Shown here piece by piece: positions 9,966-20,029 of a stretch of DNA of 64,000 nt; positions within the stretch are counted from its first letter, which is position 1, and each line of letters opens with the position of its first letter. The DNA is taken from the NCBI GenBank assembly GCA_963718235.1, contig CAVQYR010000002.1:320001-384000 (forward strand), in the 5' to 3' direction. The stretch comes from an uncultured Actinomycetota bacterium (lineage in GTDB: Bacteria; Actinomycetota; Actinomycetes; JAHEKZ01). The notes below the pieces were generated by a model. It saw only the letters and a list, made by a program, of their open reading frames with translations, searched no databases and was not told the origin of the DNA. The translations under genes and the position numbers were made by a program.

Positions 9966-12521
9966 TCAGCGGATCAGAGCGTGCACAGCCTCCCGGATCG
10001 TGCGCGACCCGGGCGCGACGCTCGTGGTCCAAGCTGGAAGCTGGTCTGGGTCCATCGACCTGGCGAACAGGTAGCCCTGCCCGTACTCGCAGCCGAGCTT
10101 GCGCAGCCGGTCCCGCACGACCGGCTCCTCGATCCCCTCGGCGATCACCTGCAGACCAAGGTGGTGCGCGAGGTCGATGAGCGAGGTCACGATCGCCGCG
10201 TCCCGGTTGGAGTCGATGATCCGGGCAACGAACGAGCGGTCGATCTTCAGCTGTTGGATGGGGAGCGCACTGAGGTAGGTCAGCGAGGAGTAGCCGGTCC
10301 CGAAGTCGTCCAGGGCCAGTCTGATGCCGAGAGCCCGCAGCTCGCCGAGCAGGGCCAGCGCCCTGGCTTCGTCGCTGATCACGATGCTCTCGGTGATCTC
10401 CAGGGTCAGCAGGTGCGCGGGCAGAGCGTGCCGGGCGAGAACCTCCGCCACCTTCTGCGGCAGGGTCTGGTCGAGAAGTGACCGGGTCGACAAGTTCACC
10501 GAGATGCTGATGGGAAGGCCTTGGCGCTGCCATGTGGCGCAGGCAGCCACCGCCTGGTCGAGCACCTGCTCGGTGAGAGCGGCGATGAGTCCATTGCGCT
10601 CGGCCAGCGGGAGGAAGACCCCGGGGGCCAGCGTGCCGCGCGTCGGATGGTGCCATCGGACCAGCGCCTCAGCGGCGATCACCCGACCGGAGAGCAGGTC
10701 GAGCACCGGTTCGACCTCGATCGCGATCTGACCCTGGCCGATGGCCGAGCGCAGCTCGGCGGTGAGCGACAGCAGGGAGGGGTCGTTCAGGTCGATGTCC
10801 GGCCGGTAGACGACGACGCTCTCGGCTCCGTTCTTCGCGGCATACATCGCGATGTCCGCCCGGCGCAGCAGGTCGGAGACGGTGGTGGCGTGGTCGGGTG
10901 CCAGCGCGATCCCCATCGAGCCGGCGAGGTGGAGCCGTTCCTCCCCGACGACCATCGGCTCGAGCAAGGCCTCGCACAGGGTCTCGGCGACGCCGAGGCC
11001 GTCGTCCTCCACCGGCTCGACCAGCACGGCGAACTCATCGCCGCCGAGCCGGGCCACCGTGACGCCCGGCCCGGCGGCTGCACTCAGGCGGCGTCCGACC
11101 TCGGTGATCAGCGTGTCGCCCACATGGTGTCCGAGGGTGTCGTTGACCGCCTTGAACCCGTTGAGGTCGATGATCAGCATCGCGACGCGCCCCTGGCCCG
11201 ATGTTGCTCTCGCCACTGCTGCGGTCGTCAGAGTCATCAGCTGAGCGCGGTTGGGAAGACCGGTCAGGGGGTCGTGCATGGCCTCGTGTCGGAGCCGGCC
11301 CATGAGCGACTCGTTGTGCATGGCCATCGAGGCGTGGTTCGCAACGGTCTTGATCAGGGTGACGTCGGTCTCGGCGAACCCGCGCACCTCACCGAGGCGG
11401 TCGTAGGCGGCGATTGCGCCCACCGTCTCCCCGTCGACGACCAGCGGTGCCATGACTGCCTCGCGGGCCCCCCGGAGCAGCAAGAACCCGGCCGCCTCGG
11501 TCTGGGTGCAGCTCAGCAGCCGCGCCTCTCCGTCTGCGACGAGCCGGGAGACGGCGAGCAGGACCTGCTTGACGACTTCGCCGCCCTCCGGTTCCACCCG
11601 CTCACCGTCGTAGCGCCAAAGGCTGCCGCTGCCAGCATGGCGGGCGAGTGTGAACACCTCCACGACCTCGGCTCGCAGCAGCTGCCGCGCCTGGCCGAGC
11701 ACGGCCGGCAGCACGTTGGCCGCCGCGGGCGCCGAGCTGAGCTCGCGGCTGAAGCTGAACAGCCGCTCCAGGCTCGTGTGCCGGTCGGACAGGCGGGAGT
11801 AGGCGCGGTAGGACAGCATGAGGGCGATCCCGGAGGCGAGCAAGGGAATCGCTGCCAGTGGTCCGAGTCGCAGGGTCAGCACCGCCACGATGCCGATCGT
11901 CGAGCTCGCGGCGGCCATGACCACCGCCGGCCACGACCCGCGAAGGCCGTCCCTGGGGTTCGCCTCGGTGTACCAGCTGAGGATCAGGGTCAGCACGAGC
12001 AGGTCGACGACGATCGCCAGGGTCGACGCCGCGACCGCGGCGAACCACTCGCGCAGGCCGTCATGCGTGCTGGCCCCGGAGAGCAGGGTGAAGGTGAAGA
12101 GCGCGACGGCCCCGTTCGCGTAGAACAGGGCCAGGTTGAGTGCGGACTTGACTGCGGTCTGACGCCGCAAGAAAAGCACGACGACGGCGGGGCCTACCAC
12201 CTTGGCCAGCATCAGGTCGCCTGGCGTGGAGCAGAACAGGGCGATCACCAGCGGGATCTCGCTGATCGAGATGCTCTTGGCTTCCCGGCCGAACTGGATG
12301 TGGACCACCCACATCTCAGTGGCTGCGAAGGCAGCGGCCAGCACCCACCAGGGGATCTGCTGGTCCGGTGGTGGCCCGGCCAGCTCCAGAGCAGCCAGGA
12401 ACAGGCCCGTTCCGAGGAGGAACAGCAGCACGGTCAGGCCCAGAACGCGCCGGGTCGGGCGGACCACCCCCCGTGGGACCGCCGGGCTCGACCCGCTGAT
12501 GGCGCTCATCCCGGGAGTCAT
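9966..12521 (-). CDS. Membrane-bound GAF-GGDEF-EAL diguanylate cyclase/phosphodiesterase
   Basis: ~7 TM N-terminus, GAF, HDPLTGLPNR, DLNGFKAVNDTLGH, RLGGDEF, EALVRW, DDFGTGYSSL. Confidence 0.95.
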   Translation of the reverse strand: MTPGMSAISGSSPAVPRGVVRPTRRVLGLTVLLFLLGTGLFLAALELAGPPPDQQIPWWVLAAAFAATEMWVVHIQFGREAKSISISEIPLVIALFCSTPGDLMLAKVVGPAVVVLFLRRQTAVKSALNLALFYANGAVALFTFTLLSGASTHDGLREWFAAVAASTLAIVVDLLVLTLILSWYTEANPRDGLRGSWPAVVMAAASSTIGIVAVLTLRLGPLAAIPLLASGIALMLSYRAYSRLSDRHTSLERLFSFSRELSSAPAAANVLPAVLGQARQLLRAEVVEVFTLARHAGSGSLWRYDGERVEPEGGEVVKQVLLAVSRLVADGEARLLSCTQTEAAGFLLLRGAREAVMAPLVVDGETVGAIAAYDRLGEVRGFAETDVTLIKTVANHASMAMHNESLMGRLRHEAMHDPLTGLPNRAQLMTLTTAAVARATSGQGRVAMLIIDLNGFKAVNDTLGHHVGDTLITEVGRRLSAAAGPGVTVARLGGDEFAVLVEPVEDDGLGVAETLCEALLEPMVVGEERLHLAGSMGIALAPDHATTVSDLLRRADIAMYAAKNGAESVVVYRPDIDLNDPSLLSLTAELRSAIGQGQIAIEVEPVLDLLSGRVIAAEALVRWHHPTRGTLAPGVFLPLAERNGLIAALTEQVLDQAVAACATWQRQGLPISISVNLSTRSLLDQTLPQKVAEVLARHALPAHLLTLEITESIVISDEARALALLGELRALGIRLALDDFGTGYSSLTYLSALPIQQLKIDRSFVARIIDSNRDAAIVTSLIDLAHHLGLQVIAEGIEEPVVRDRLRKLGCEYGQGYLFARSMDPDQLPAWTTSVAPGSRTIREAVHALIR

Positions 12522-12602
12522 CGACGGACCGGTGCGTGAGCCTTAGGCGACGGTGGGCACGGGTGGGTCAGATCCACGAGGCGCCGGCGGCGCGGGTGGC
12601 GG

Positions 12603-14354
12603 TCACGAGTAGTCCTCACTGGCCCAGTTGCACCCGGCCCAGGAGGCACCCGACCAGGAGGCACCCGACCAGGAGGCACCCGACCAGGAGGCACCCGACC
12701 AGGAGGCACCGGCCCAGGACGCTCCGGCCCAGGACGCTCCGGCCCAGGACGCTCCGGCCCAGGACGCTCCGGCCCAGGAGGCTCCGGCCCAGGACGCTCC
12801 AGCCCAGGAGGCTCCAGCCCAGGAGGCTCCAGCCCAGGACGCTCCGTTCCACGATCCGCCGTCCCACATGCCGCCGTTCTCACGCTGCGCGGCGACCGCT
12901 GCCGCATCGAACGGGTTGCCGAAGATGTCTTGCTCACCCACGAGGTCGGTGGTGCCGTCGGACAGGTGGACGCCGCCGCGCGAGGTCTCGAGCGACCCAG
13001 CGCCCGAGCCACGCGTCGCCGTCTGGCGCCAGCTGGACGCAGACCATGTCACGCCCCGTTGGAGGTCCACAGTGCGTGGGTTACCAGGAACCCCCCAGAG
13101 GTAGGTCCCCTTCGCGAGCAGCCGCTTCACCTGGTCCGGCGACAGTCCGGGGCGAGCGCTCAGCAGGACCGCGGCGGCCCCGGACGTGAGTGCTGCCGCC
13201 TGGGAGGTTCCGCTGCCCCTCAGGTACTCGGAGTTGATCCCACCCGACTCGCCGAGCTTCGTATCCACGTACGAACCGGGGACTCGCAGTCCCTGCACCC
13301 GCGTGCCCGGTGCGACCACGTCGAGGCGACGTTCGCTCGTGCCCTTGGCGCTGAACGAAGCGAGCCTGTCGTCACTGGCATCGAGCGTGCCCTTGGTGTC
13401 GAGCGCACCGACGGCGATGACATAGGGGTCGGCGGCCGGCATGTCGATCGGGGTACCCCCACGGTTGCCCGCCGAGGCGACCACCACGATGCCGGAGCGC
13501 CAGGCGACCTCGGCGGCGTGGGCCAGGGGATCCAGCGTGTAGTCCTGGGCCGACTCGGTGCCGTAGGACAGGTTGAGCACCCGGATGTTCAGTCCGTCGT
13601 CGTGCGCGTGCTGCACGACCCAGTCGATGCCGGCGATGACCTGAGAGACGTCCGCGCGCCCGACCGCGTCGCCCACCTTGACGTTGACGATCCGAGCGTC
13701 GGGTGCGATGCCCTGGTAGGCACCGGGCTCCGACGAGGAGGCCCGCCCGGCGATCAGGCCGGCCATGAACGTCCCGTGCCCGTTCAGGTCGAGGTAGCGG
13801 GTCGAGTCGGACTGGCCGTCGAAGGACAGGTCCGGCCCGTTGACCACGGTGCTGGGGTCAGCGAGCGGACCCACGGGGGCCACACCGGTGTCGATGAGCG
13901 CGACATCGATGCCCTGTCCCGAGGCTCCGGCGTCCCACGCCGCCGGAGCCTTCATGAGGCGTGCGCTGTTGGAGACCGATCCAGCGTCGCCGACCGGGTC
14001 ATAGCTGTCCGCGCTCGACTCGAGGCTCACATCGGGGCTGACGGTGGCAACGTGGGACAGGGCGCGCAGGGCGGGAACGGCTGACTCCGGGACCCGGACG
14101 ACGGCTGTGTCCATGGTCTCGAAGGCCTGCTCGACACCGACCCCGCTCTCTCCCAGCTCGTCCAGCAGGGCTGGGAGCTGACCGGGCTCGGCGCGCACGA
14201 TGTATGCGGCGGTGGTGTCCGAGCCCGATGGCAAAGTCGTCGCGTGTGCTGTGGCAGGCACGGCCAGTCCGAGCACGACTGCTGCTGCGAGCAGCCGAGC
14301 CGCACGACGGCGGATCCACCCCATGCCCGGCGCGCCGGAGTACAGGTCTTCCAT
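12603..14354 (-). CDS. Secreted S8 subtilase (AprX-like) with propeptide and Trp-pentapeptide C-terminal repeat
   Basis: Signal peptide; catalytic triad VALIDTG / NGHGTFMAG / GSGTSQA; C-terminal (W-x-G-A-S)n. Confidence 0.93.
   Translation of the reverse strand: MEDLYSGAPGMGWIRRRAARLLAAAVVLGLAVPATAHATTLPSGSDTTAAYIVRAEPGQLPALLDELGESGVGVEQAFETMDTAVVRVPESAVPALRALSHVATVSPDVSLESSADSYDPVGDAGSVSNSARLMKAPAAWDAGASGQGIDVALIDTGVAPVGPLADPSTVVNGPDLSFDGQSDSTRYLDLNGHGTFMAGLIAGRASSSEPGAYQGIAPDARIVNVKVGDAVGRADVSQVIAGIDWVVQHAHDDGLNIRVLNLSYGTESAQDYTLDPLAHAAEVAWRSGIVVVASAGNRGGTPIDMPAADPYVIAVGALDTKGTLDASDDRLASFSAKGTSERRLDVVAPGTRVQGLRVPGSYVDTKLGESGGINSEYLRGSGTSQAAALTSGAAAVLLSARPGLSPDQVKRLLAKGTYLWGVPGNPRTVDLQRGVTWSASSWRQTATRGSGAGSLETSRGGVHLSDGTTDLVGEQDIFGNPFDAAAVAAQRENGGMWDGGSWNGASWAGASWAGASWAGASWAGASWAGASWAGASWAGASWAGASWAGASWSGASWSGASWSGASWSGASWAGCNWASEDYS
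12624..12866 (-). repeat. 15-bp tandem coding repeat, 17 Trp at 5-residue period (WDGGS, WNGAS, 9xWAGAS, 4xWSGAS, WAGCN, W)
   Basis: Counted from the translation and the DNA (cccaggacgctccgg and variants). Confidence 0.95.
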
Positions 14355-14676
14355 GACAGGCCCCCCCTGTCCGCCACCGCGGGTGCGGTCGGCGTCCTAC
14401 CTGGATGCGTTGCGTAACCGATCCACCACGCATCGTGGGGTCGGGGGCGGGCCCGCACAATCCCTCGTGCGGCGTATTCACCCGTAGGGGCGTACCGATT
14501 GCCACTGGTTGGCCCAGCCTTGCGCCCAGTGACCGCGTGGCCGGCTCCGGGCGCAGCGGCGAGGCCCTACGCCTCTAGCCGTGCTCCTCGGGAACGACGA
14601 CCCTTGCAAGTGGGCGGAGGCGACCTCTCGGCAGGGCGGCCTGTCCCGACGCCTCCGGGATCGATGGGGGTGCGTG

Positions 14677-15876
14677 ATGATCACCCGCAAGTCCTTCTTC
14701 GCTGCTGCGGCTGCCTTGGTGCTGGGCTGCACCGCAAGTGTCTCGGTGGGAGCAGCCGTGGCCGCACCGGCAGAGGCGGCGGCGTCCGGCTCGGTGGTCT
14801 CTCGGGTCGGGGTGCCGTGGACGGCGGAGGACGCCACCAGCGGCTCGGCGGTGTTGACGTACGGCAACGCGGGCTGCGAGGCGGTCGACGCCGACGGGTT
14901 CTGCACCAGCGGCCAATGGCCGACCATTCCTGGGGCTCACTGGATCTGGCGCAGCCAGAACGTCACGCCCGAGGAGGACGCGAGCGGCACGCCAGTCGTC
15001 ACGTTCACCGACACCTTCCAGATCGACCAGGCAGGCGGCAGGACCACCCTGAGGGTCTCGGCCGATGACTACTACACCGTCACGCTGAACGGCGAGACGA
15101 TCGGGTCCGGGTCCCTCTCCAGCATCGACACCTACAGGTTGGCTCCGGTCGTCGGGCTGAACACGATCACGGTCGCCGCTTCGAGCAGTTCGGGGCCAGC
15201 CGGGGTGACCTATCGGGTCGACACGACCTGGAAGTCCGCGCTGACCCTGACGGCGTCTGCGGCTCAGGTCACCTACGGACGGTCCACCGTTCTGAACGCG
15301 AGCCTGACTTCGGCGTCGACGAACCGCACCGTGTCGGTGTTCGCTCAGCCGGTCGGGGGCAAGAAGGTTCTCTTGACGAAGGACGAGGTCAACGCCGCCG
15401 GAAGCCTGGACATCCGGGTGACGCCGCGCGCGACCACGACCTACACCGCCAGCTACACCGGGGGTGACGGCTGGTCGGCTGCAAGCTCCAAACCCGTGAA
15501 GGTGGCGGTGGCGGGTCGCTGGGCGGCCAGGAGCCTGGGCGGCTACGACACGGTAGGCAGGTACCGGCTGTACCACTACCGGACCAGTTGCCGACCGCCC
15601 GAGTACAACGGCTGTCCGACCGAGCGCTTCACGCTGGCCCCGGGGCACCCTCGCGAGCGGGTCACGATGACCTTCCAGTACTGGGCCAAGGGTCGCTGGA
15701 GCACATACAGCACGCATCGCTGGCTGCTGAGCAAGCGGAGCGTCATGACCGTGTTCACGTGGTACGACTCACGGGGCATCATCGGCACGCGAATCCGCGT
15801 GGGAGCGACGTTCAACGGAGACGGCAGCCACGCTTCCGCTGCCTCGCCGTGGGTCTACTGGAGGGTGACCCGCTGA
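14677..15876 (+). CDS. Secreted protein with lectin/beta-sandwich-like and Ig-like domains
   Basis: Signal peptide MITRKSFF...AEA; PGAHWIW and SADDYYTVTLNG motifs; Thr/Ser-rich beta strands. Confidence 0.6.
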   Translation: MITRKSFFAAAAALVLGCTASVSVGAAVAAPAEAAASGSVVSRVGVPWTAEDATSGSAVLTYGNAGCEAVDADGFCTSGQWPTIPGAHWIWRSQNVTPEEDASGTPVVTFTDTFQIDQAGGRTTLRVSADDYYTVTLNGETIGSGSLSSIDTYRLAPVVGLNTITVAASSSSGPAGVTYRVDTTWKSALTLTASAAQVTYGRSTVLNASLTSASTNRTVSVFAQPVGGKKVLLTKDEVNAAGSLDIRVTPRATTTYTASYTGGDGWSAASSKPVKVAVAGRWAARSLGGYDTVGRYRLYHYRTSCRPPEYNGCPTERFTLAPGHPRERVTMTFQYWAKGRWSTYSTHRWLLSKRSVMTVFTWYDSRGIIGTRIRVGATFNGDGSHASAASPWVYWRVTR

Positions 15877-15902
15877 GTCGCCACGGGGTGAGCGAGACGT
15901 GG

Positions 15903-16688
15903 TCAGCGCGGGGGACGGCGGTAGGCCTGCGCGTTGCCGACGTCCGGCTCGAACCCGACCCGGCGGTAGACCCGCCCGGCCGGGTTCGTCGCCTCGGTGA
16001 TGATGACCCACCGGTCACAGCCGTGCGACGCCGCCCATCGGGCGGCCACGCCGAGCAGGTGTGAGGCGAGCCCCTGGCGCCGGTGCTCCACCTCGGTGCT
16101 GACCGCCTGGTAGCGCGCCGTGGTGCCGCACCGGACGATGCCGAGGTCGGCCACGAGGGTGTCACCGGAAAACGCGCCGAAGAACGCTGCGACCTCCCGG
16201 TCGGAGAGGTCGCGACGGGTCTGGACGCGCGCGCGGACGAAACGCTCGTGCCCGGTCGGCTCGTACTCGCCGGTCCGGTCGTTCTCGGCCAGCTCCCGCC
16301 CCACGCACTGCTCCCAGTCGTCGCCGCCGAGCCGGCGGACGGTGTAGTCCTCGGCCAGCGGCGTCTGCCTCGGCAGCGTGCGCGTGCTGAGCACGTCGTC
16401 CAGCTCCAGGTCGAGTCCCTGCGCCACCCACGCGTCCGCATCGTCGGGCATCCGGGCCAGCCCGATCGCGACCCAGGTGGCCCGGGGGAAGGTGTCGTGG
16501 AATGCGGCGACCCAACGCGGGGCGTCGTCCACGGTGTCCGCGGCGGTCACGAACAAGCAGTTGCCCCAGTGGTAGTCGGGGTTCAGCGGGGTGCGGACGA
16601 CGAGGTGGTCCCCCCGGTCCTCCACGACCGACCCGCTGTACTCAAGCACGGCGAGGTCGGTGGCCCATCCGGGGGAGAGGTCGCGCAT
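15903..16688 (-). CDS. GNAT-family N-acetyltransferase
   Basis: HRRQGLASHL acetyl-CoA motif, AGRVYRRVGF; TAGCGT -10 before ATG 16688. Confidence 0.85.
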   Translation of the reverse strand: MRDLSPGWATDLAVLEYSGSVVEDRGDHLVVRTPLNPDYHWGNCLFVTAADTVDDAPRWVAAFHDTFPRATWVAIGLARMPDDADAWVAQGLDLELDDVLSTRTLPRQTPLAEDYTVRRLGGDDWEQCVGRELAENDRTGEYEPTGHERFVRARVQTRRDLSDREVAAFFGAFSGDTLVADLGIVRCGTTARYQAVSTEVEHRRQGLASHLLGVAARWAASHGCDRWVIITEATNPAGRVYRRVGFEPDVGNAQAYRRPPR

Positions 16689-16777
16689 GCCCCTCACGCT
16701 AGCCAACACGCCGCGTGATGTCGTCAACAGCGCCCTGCTCACCATCCCTGTCGCACTGAGGTGCACCTGGGCGGGGC

Positions 16778-18091
16778 TCAGTAGGCCCCGAGCCTCGGGT
16801 TGGTCGGGGAGAGCCGGCGCGCCTCGGCCAGTGCAGCCGAAGCCGCGGCACCCTCGCCTGCCTCACGGTGCAGGCGGGCCGAGGTGATCAGCGCGTCGGC
16901 CCGCTCGGGCGCGGGGCGGTGCCAGGCCAGGACGTCGTCGATCTCGCGCCGCGCGGCGACCTCGTCTCCGCCGAGGGCGTGCATGAGCGAGGCCTTGTGG
17001 GCGAACGCCGCACTCCCCGTCATGGCTGCCGCTTGGCGCATGGCGTCAGTGACCTCGGCTCGCGTCTCTTCGGTGTAGGGCAGCTGCCCGGACTCCGCGG
17101 CGCACAGCAACGACCATCCGTAGGTGGTGACCGCCTCGCGCCGGGCGTTGCCTCGGCCACCGACGAGTGAGATCCGCTTGCGCGAGGTCTGCGCCGCCTC
17201 GTCGAACCGGCCTTGGGCGAACTGTGCCCCCGCCAGGACCCCGAGGGCGGCCTGGTCGCTCGGCTTGTCCACCAGGCGGGCGCGGGCGGCCTGCTCGGCG
17301 CCGGTGACGTCACCGCGTTGAAGCGCCTGCGCGGCTTCCTTGTCCCCCCGCGTGGGGATCCTCGTGCCGATGACGAACACCGGGTCGTACTTGGCGTCGA
17401 CGACGCGCTCCTTCATCGGGATGATCGCGTTGTCGGTGATGTGGATGCCTTCGGGGCACACCTCGGTGCAGCACTTGGTGATGTTGCAGTACCCGATTCC
17501 GGCGTCGGCCTGCGCATCGCGACGCCGGTCGCGGGTGTCCAGCGGGTGCATGTCCAGCTCGGCGATCCGGATGAAGAACCGAGGCCCGGAGAACTTGGGC
17601 ATGTTCTCCTCGTGGTCGCGGATCACGTGACACGTGTTCTGGCACAGGTAGCACTCGATGCACTTGCGGAACTCCTGGCTGCGCTCGACGTCGACCTGCG
17701 ACATCCGGAAGTCCCCGGGTCTGAGGTCCGGCGGTGGTGCGAAGGCGGGCACCTCGCGCGCCTTCTGGTAGTTGAACGAGACGTCGGTGACGAGGTCGCG
17801 AATGATCGGGAACGTGCGCATTGGTGTGACGGTGACGGTCTCGGTCTCGTCGAAGGTGCTCATCCGGGTCATGCACATCAGACGAGGCTTGCCGTTGATC
17901 TCGGCGCTGCACGACCCGCACTTGCCGGCTTTGCAGTTCCAGCGCACGGCCAGGTCGGGGGTCTGGGTGGCCTGCAGGCGGTGCACGATGTCGAGGACGA
18001 CCTCACCCTCCTTGACCTCGACGGTGTAGCTCTCCAGGCTGCCCCCGGTGTCGTCTCCGCGCCAGACCCGGACGTTCGCGTCGTAGCCCAT
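16778..18091 (-). CDS. sdhB: Succinate dehydrogenase/fumarate reductase Fe-S subunit with C-terminal TPR-like extension
   Basis: CKAGKCGSC, CIECYLCQNTC and CNITKCCTEVCP clusters, then ~190 aa helical extension. Confidence 0.9.
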   Translation of the reverse strand: MGYDANVRVWRGDDTGGSLESYTVEVKEGEVVLDIVHRLQATQTPDLAVRWNCKAGKCGSCSAEINGKPRLMCMTRMSTFDETETVTVTPMRTFPIIRDLVTDVSFNYQKAREVPAFAPPPDLRPGDFRMSQVDVERSQEFRKCIECYLCQNTCHVIRDHEENMPKFSGPRFFIRIAELDMHPLDTRDRRRDAQADAGIGYCNITKCCTEVCPEGIHITDNAIIPMKERVVDAKYDPVFVIGTRIPTRGDKEAAQALQRGDVTGAEQAARARLVDKPSDQAALGVLAGAQFAQGRFDEAAQTSRKRISLVGGRGNARREAVTTYGWSLLCAAESGQLPYTEETRAEVTDAMRQAAAMTGSAAFAHKASLMHALGGDEVAARREIDDVLAWHRPAPERADALITSARLHREAGEGAAASAALAEARRLSPTNPRLGAY

Positions 18092-19989
18092 CAGGCCGCC
18101 CCTCCTTCGGTGTCCAGCGGCGCCAGCTCAGCATCGGTCATGTACTTCGAGAGCTCACTGCGGTCGAACAGCCGCAGCAGCTCCGGCGGCATGACCGGCA
18201 GGGGCTGCTGGTCCACCCGGATGCCGTCGCCGTCGACCCGGCAGATCAGGTTGATGTCACGCCACCGCGGGCTCATTCCAGGGAAGTCCTCCCGGGTGTG
18301 GCCCCCACGGGACTCCTGGCGGGTCAGCGCCGCGCGGGCGACGCACTCCGAGACCTGCAGCATGCGCCGGAGGTCGAGCGACAGGTGCCAGCCGGGGTTG
18401 AACTGTCGGTGACCCTCGACCGTGAGCCGGCGAGCGCGCTGTTTGATCGACTCGAGCTGCTCGAGCGCCTGCTCGACCTCGTGGGCGCTGCGGATGATCC
18501 CGACGAGGTCGTTCATGGTCTGCTGCAGCTCGTGGTGAAGCGTGTAGGGGTTCTCACCGCCCTCCTCCTCGAACGGCTCCAGGGCAGCGACTGCTGCCTG
18601 GTCGATGTCGTCCTCGGCGACGCTCGGACGACGCTCCAGCGCTTGGACGTAGCTCGACGCGCCGAGCCCGGCGCGACGCCCGAACACCAACAGGTCGGAC
18701 AGCGAGTTGCCGCCGAGCCGGTTCGACCCGTGCATCCCCCCGGCGACCTCCCCGGCGGCGAACAGCCCGGGAACCCCGACGGCTGCCGCGGTGTCCGGGT
18801 CGACCTCGACCCCGCCCATCACGTAGTGGCAGGTCGGCCCGACCTCCATCGGCTGGGCGGTGATGTCGACGTCGGCGAGCTCCTTGAACTGGTGGTACAT
18901 CGACGGCAGCTTCTTGCGGATGGTCTCGGCCGGGAGCCGGGAGCTGACGTCGAGGAACACCCCTCCGTGGGGTGAGCCGCGTCCGGCCTTGACCTCGGAG
19001 TTGATGGCGCGGGCGACCTCGTCGCGAGGGAGAAGCTCGGGCGGACGTCGGTTGTTGTCGGCGTCGGTGTACCACCGGTCGCCCTCCGCCTCGTCCTTGG
19101 CGTACTTGTCGACGAAGACGTCGGGGACGTAGTCGAACATGAACCGACGACCCTCGGAGTTGGTGAGCACGCCGCCGTCACCGCGCACCGACTCGGTGAC
19201 CAGGATCCCCTTCACACTGGGTGGCCAGACCATGCCGGTCGGGTGGAACTGGACGAACTCCATGTTCACCAGGGAGCCGCCGGCCTCGAGTGCGAGTCCG
19301 TGCCCGTCACCGGTGTACTCCCAGGAGTTGCTCGTCACCTTGAAGCTCTTGCCGATCCCCCCGGTGGCGAGGACGACGGCCGGTGCCTCGAACAGCACGA
19401 AGCGCCCGGACTCCCGCCAGTAGCCGAAGCCCCCCGCGATGCTTCCGTCCTCGAGCATCAGCCGGGTGATGGTGCACTCGGCGAACACCTTCAGCCGGGC
19501 CTGCGCGTCGCCGTGCTCGTGCTCGTCCTCCTGCTGCAGCGAGACGATCTTCTGCTGCAAGGTGCGGATGAGCTCGAGCCCCGTCCGGTCGCCCACGTGG
19601 GCCAGGCGTGGGTACTCGTGGCCCCCGAAGTTCCGCTGGCTGATCCGGCCGTCGGGCGTGCGGTCGAACAGCGCCCCCCAGGACTCGAGCTCCCACACCC
19701 GCTGCGGAGCTTCGCGCGCGTGCAGCTCGGCCATCCGCCAATGGTTCAAGAACTTGCCGCCGCGCATCGTGTCACGGAAGTGGACCTGCCAGCCGTCGTT
19801 GCTGTTGACGTTGCCCATGCTGGCGGCGATACCGCCCTCGGCCATGACGGTGTGGGCCTTCCCGAACAGCGACTTGCAGACGATGGCCACGCTGTGGCCC
19901 TGCTCGCGTGCCTCGATCGCCGCACGCAGGCCGGCCCCTCCGGCGCCGATCACGACGACGTCGTACGTGTGCCGTTCGAGGTCGGTCAT
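18091..19989 (-). CDS. sdhA: Succinate dehydrogenase/fumarate reductase flavoprotein (mycobacterial Sdh1 type)
   Basis: GAGGAGL, KAHTVMAEGG, QFHPTG, HYVMGG, HGSNRLGGNSL. Confidence 0.96.
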   Translation of the reverse strand: MTDLERHTYDVVVIGAGGAGLRAAIEAREQGHSVAIVCKSLFGKAHTVMAEGGIAASMGNVNSNDGWQVHFRDTMRGGKFLNHWRMAELHAREAPQRVWELESWGALFDRTPDGRISQRNFGGHEYPRLAHVGDRTGLELIRTLQQKIVSLQQEDEHEHGDAQARLKVFAECTITRLMLEDGSIAGGFGYWRESGRFVLFEAPAVVLATGGIGKSFKVTSNSWEYTGDGHGLALEAGGSLVNMEFVQFHPTGMVWPPSVKGILVTESVRGDGGVLTNSEGRRFMFDYVPDVFVDKYAKDEAEGDRWYTDADNNRRPPELLPRDEVARAINSEVKAGRGSPHGGVFLDVSSRLPAETIRKKLPSMYHQFKELADVDITAQPMEVGPTCHYVMGGVEVDPDTAAAVGVPGLFAAGEVAGGMHGSNRLGGNSLSDLLVFGRRAGLGASSYVQALERRPSVAEDDIDQAAVAALEPFEEEGGENPYTLHHELQQTMNDLVGIIRSAHEVEQALEQLESIKQRARRLTVEGHRQFNPGWHLSLDLRRMLQVSECVARAALTRQESRGGHTREDFPGMSPRWRDINLICRVDGDGIRVDQQPLPVMPPELLRLFDRSELSKYMTDAELAPLDTEGGAA

Positions 19990-20029
19990 GCAGGAGACCT
20001 TTCCCGTGTCGTCGCTGACGGTCGCAGCA

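Noticed and set aside
14385-14420. Possible BldD box or sigma28 promoter (GCAA-N16-GCCGAC, minus strand) upstream of the subtilase
   Set aside because: Matches are partial and single-copy; too weak to call without a matrix scan.
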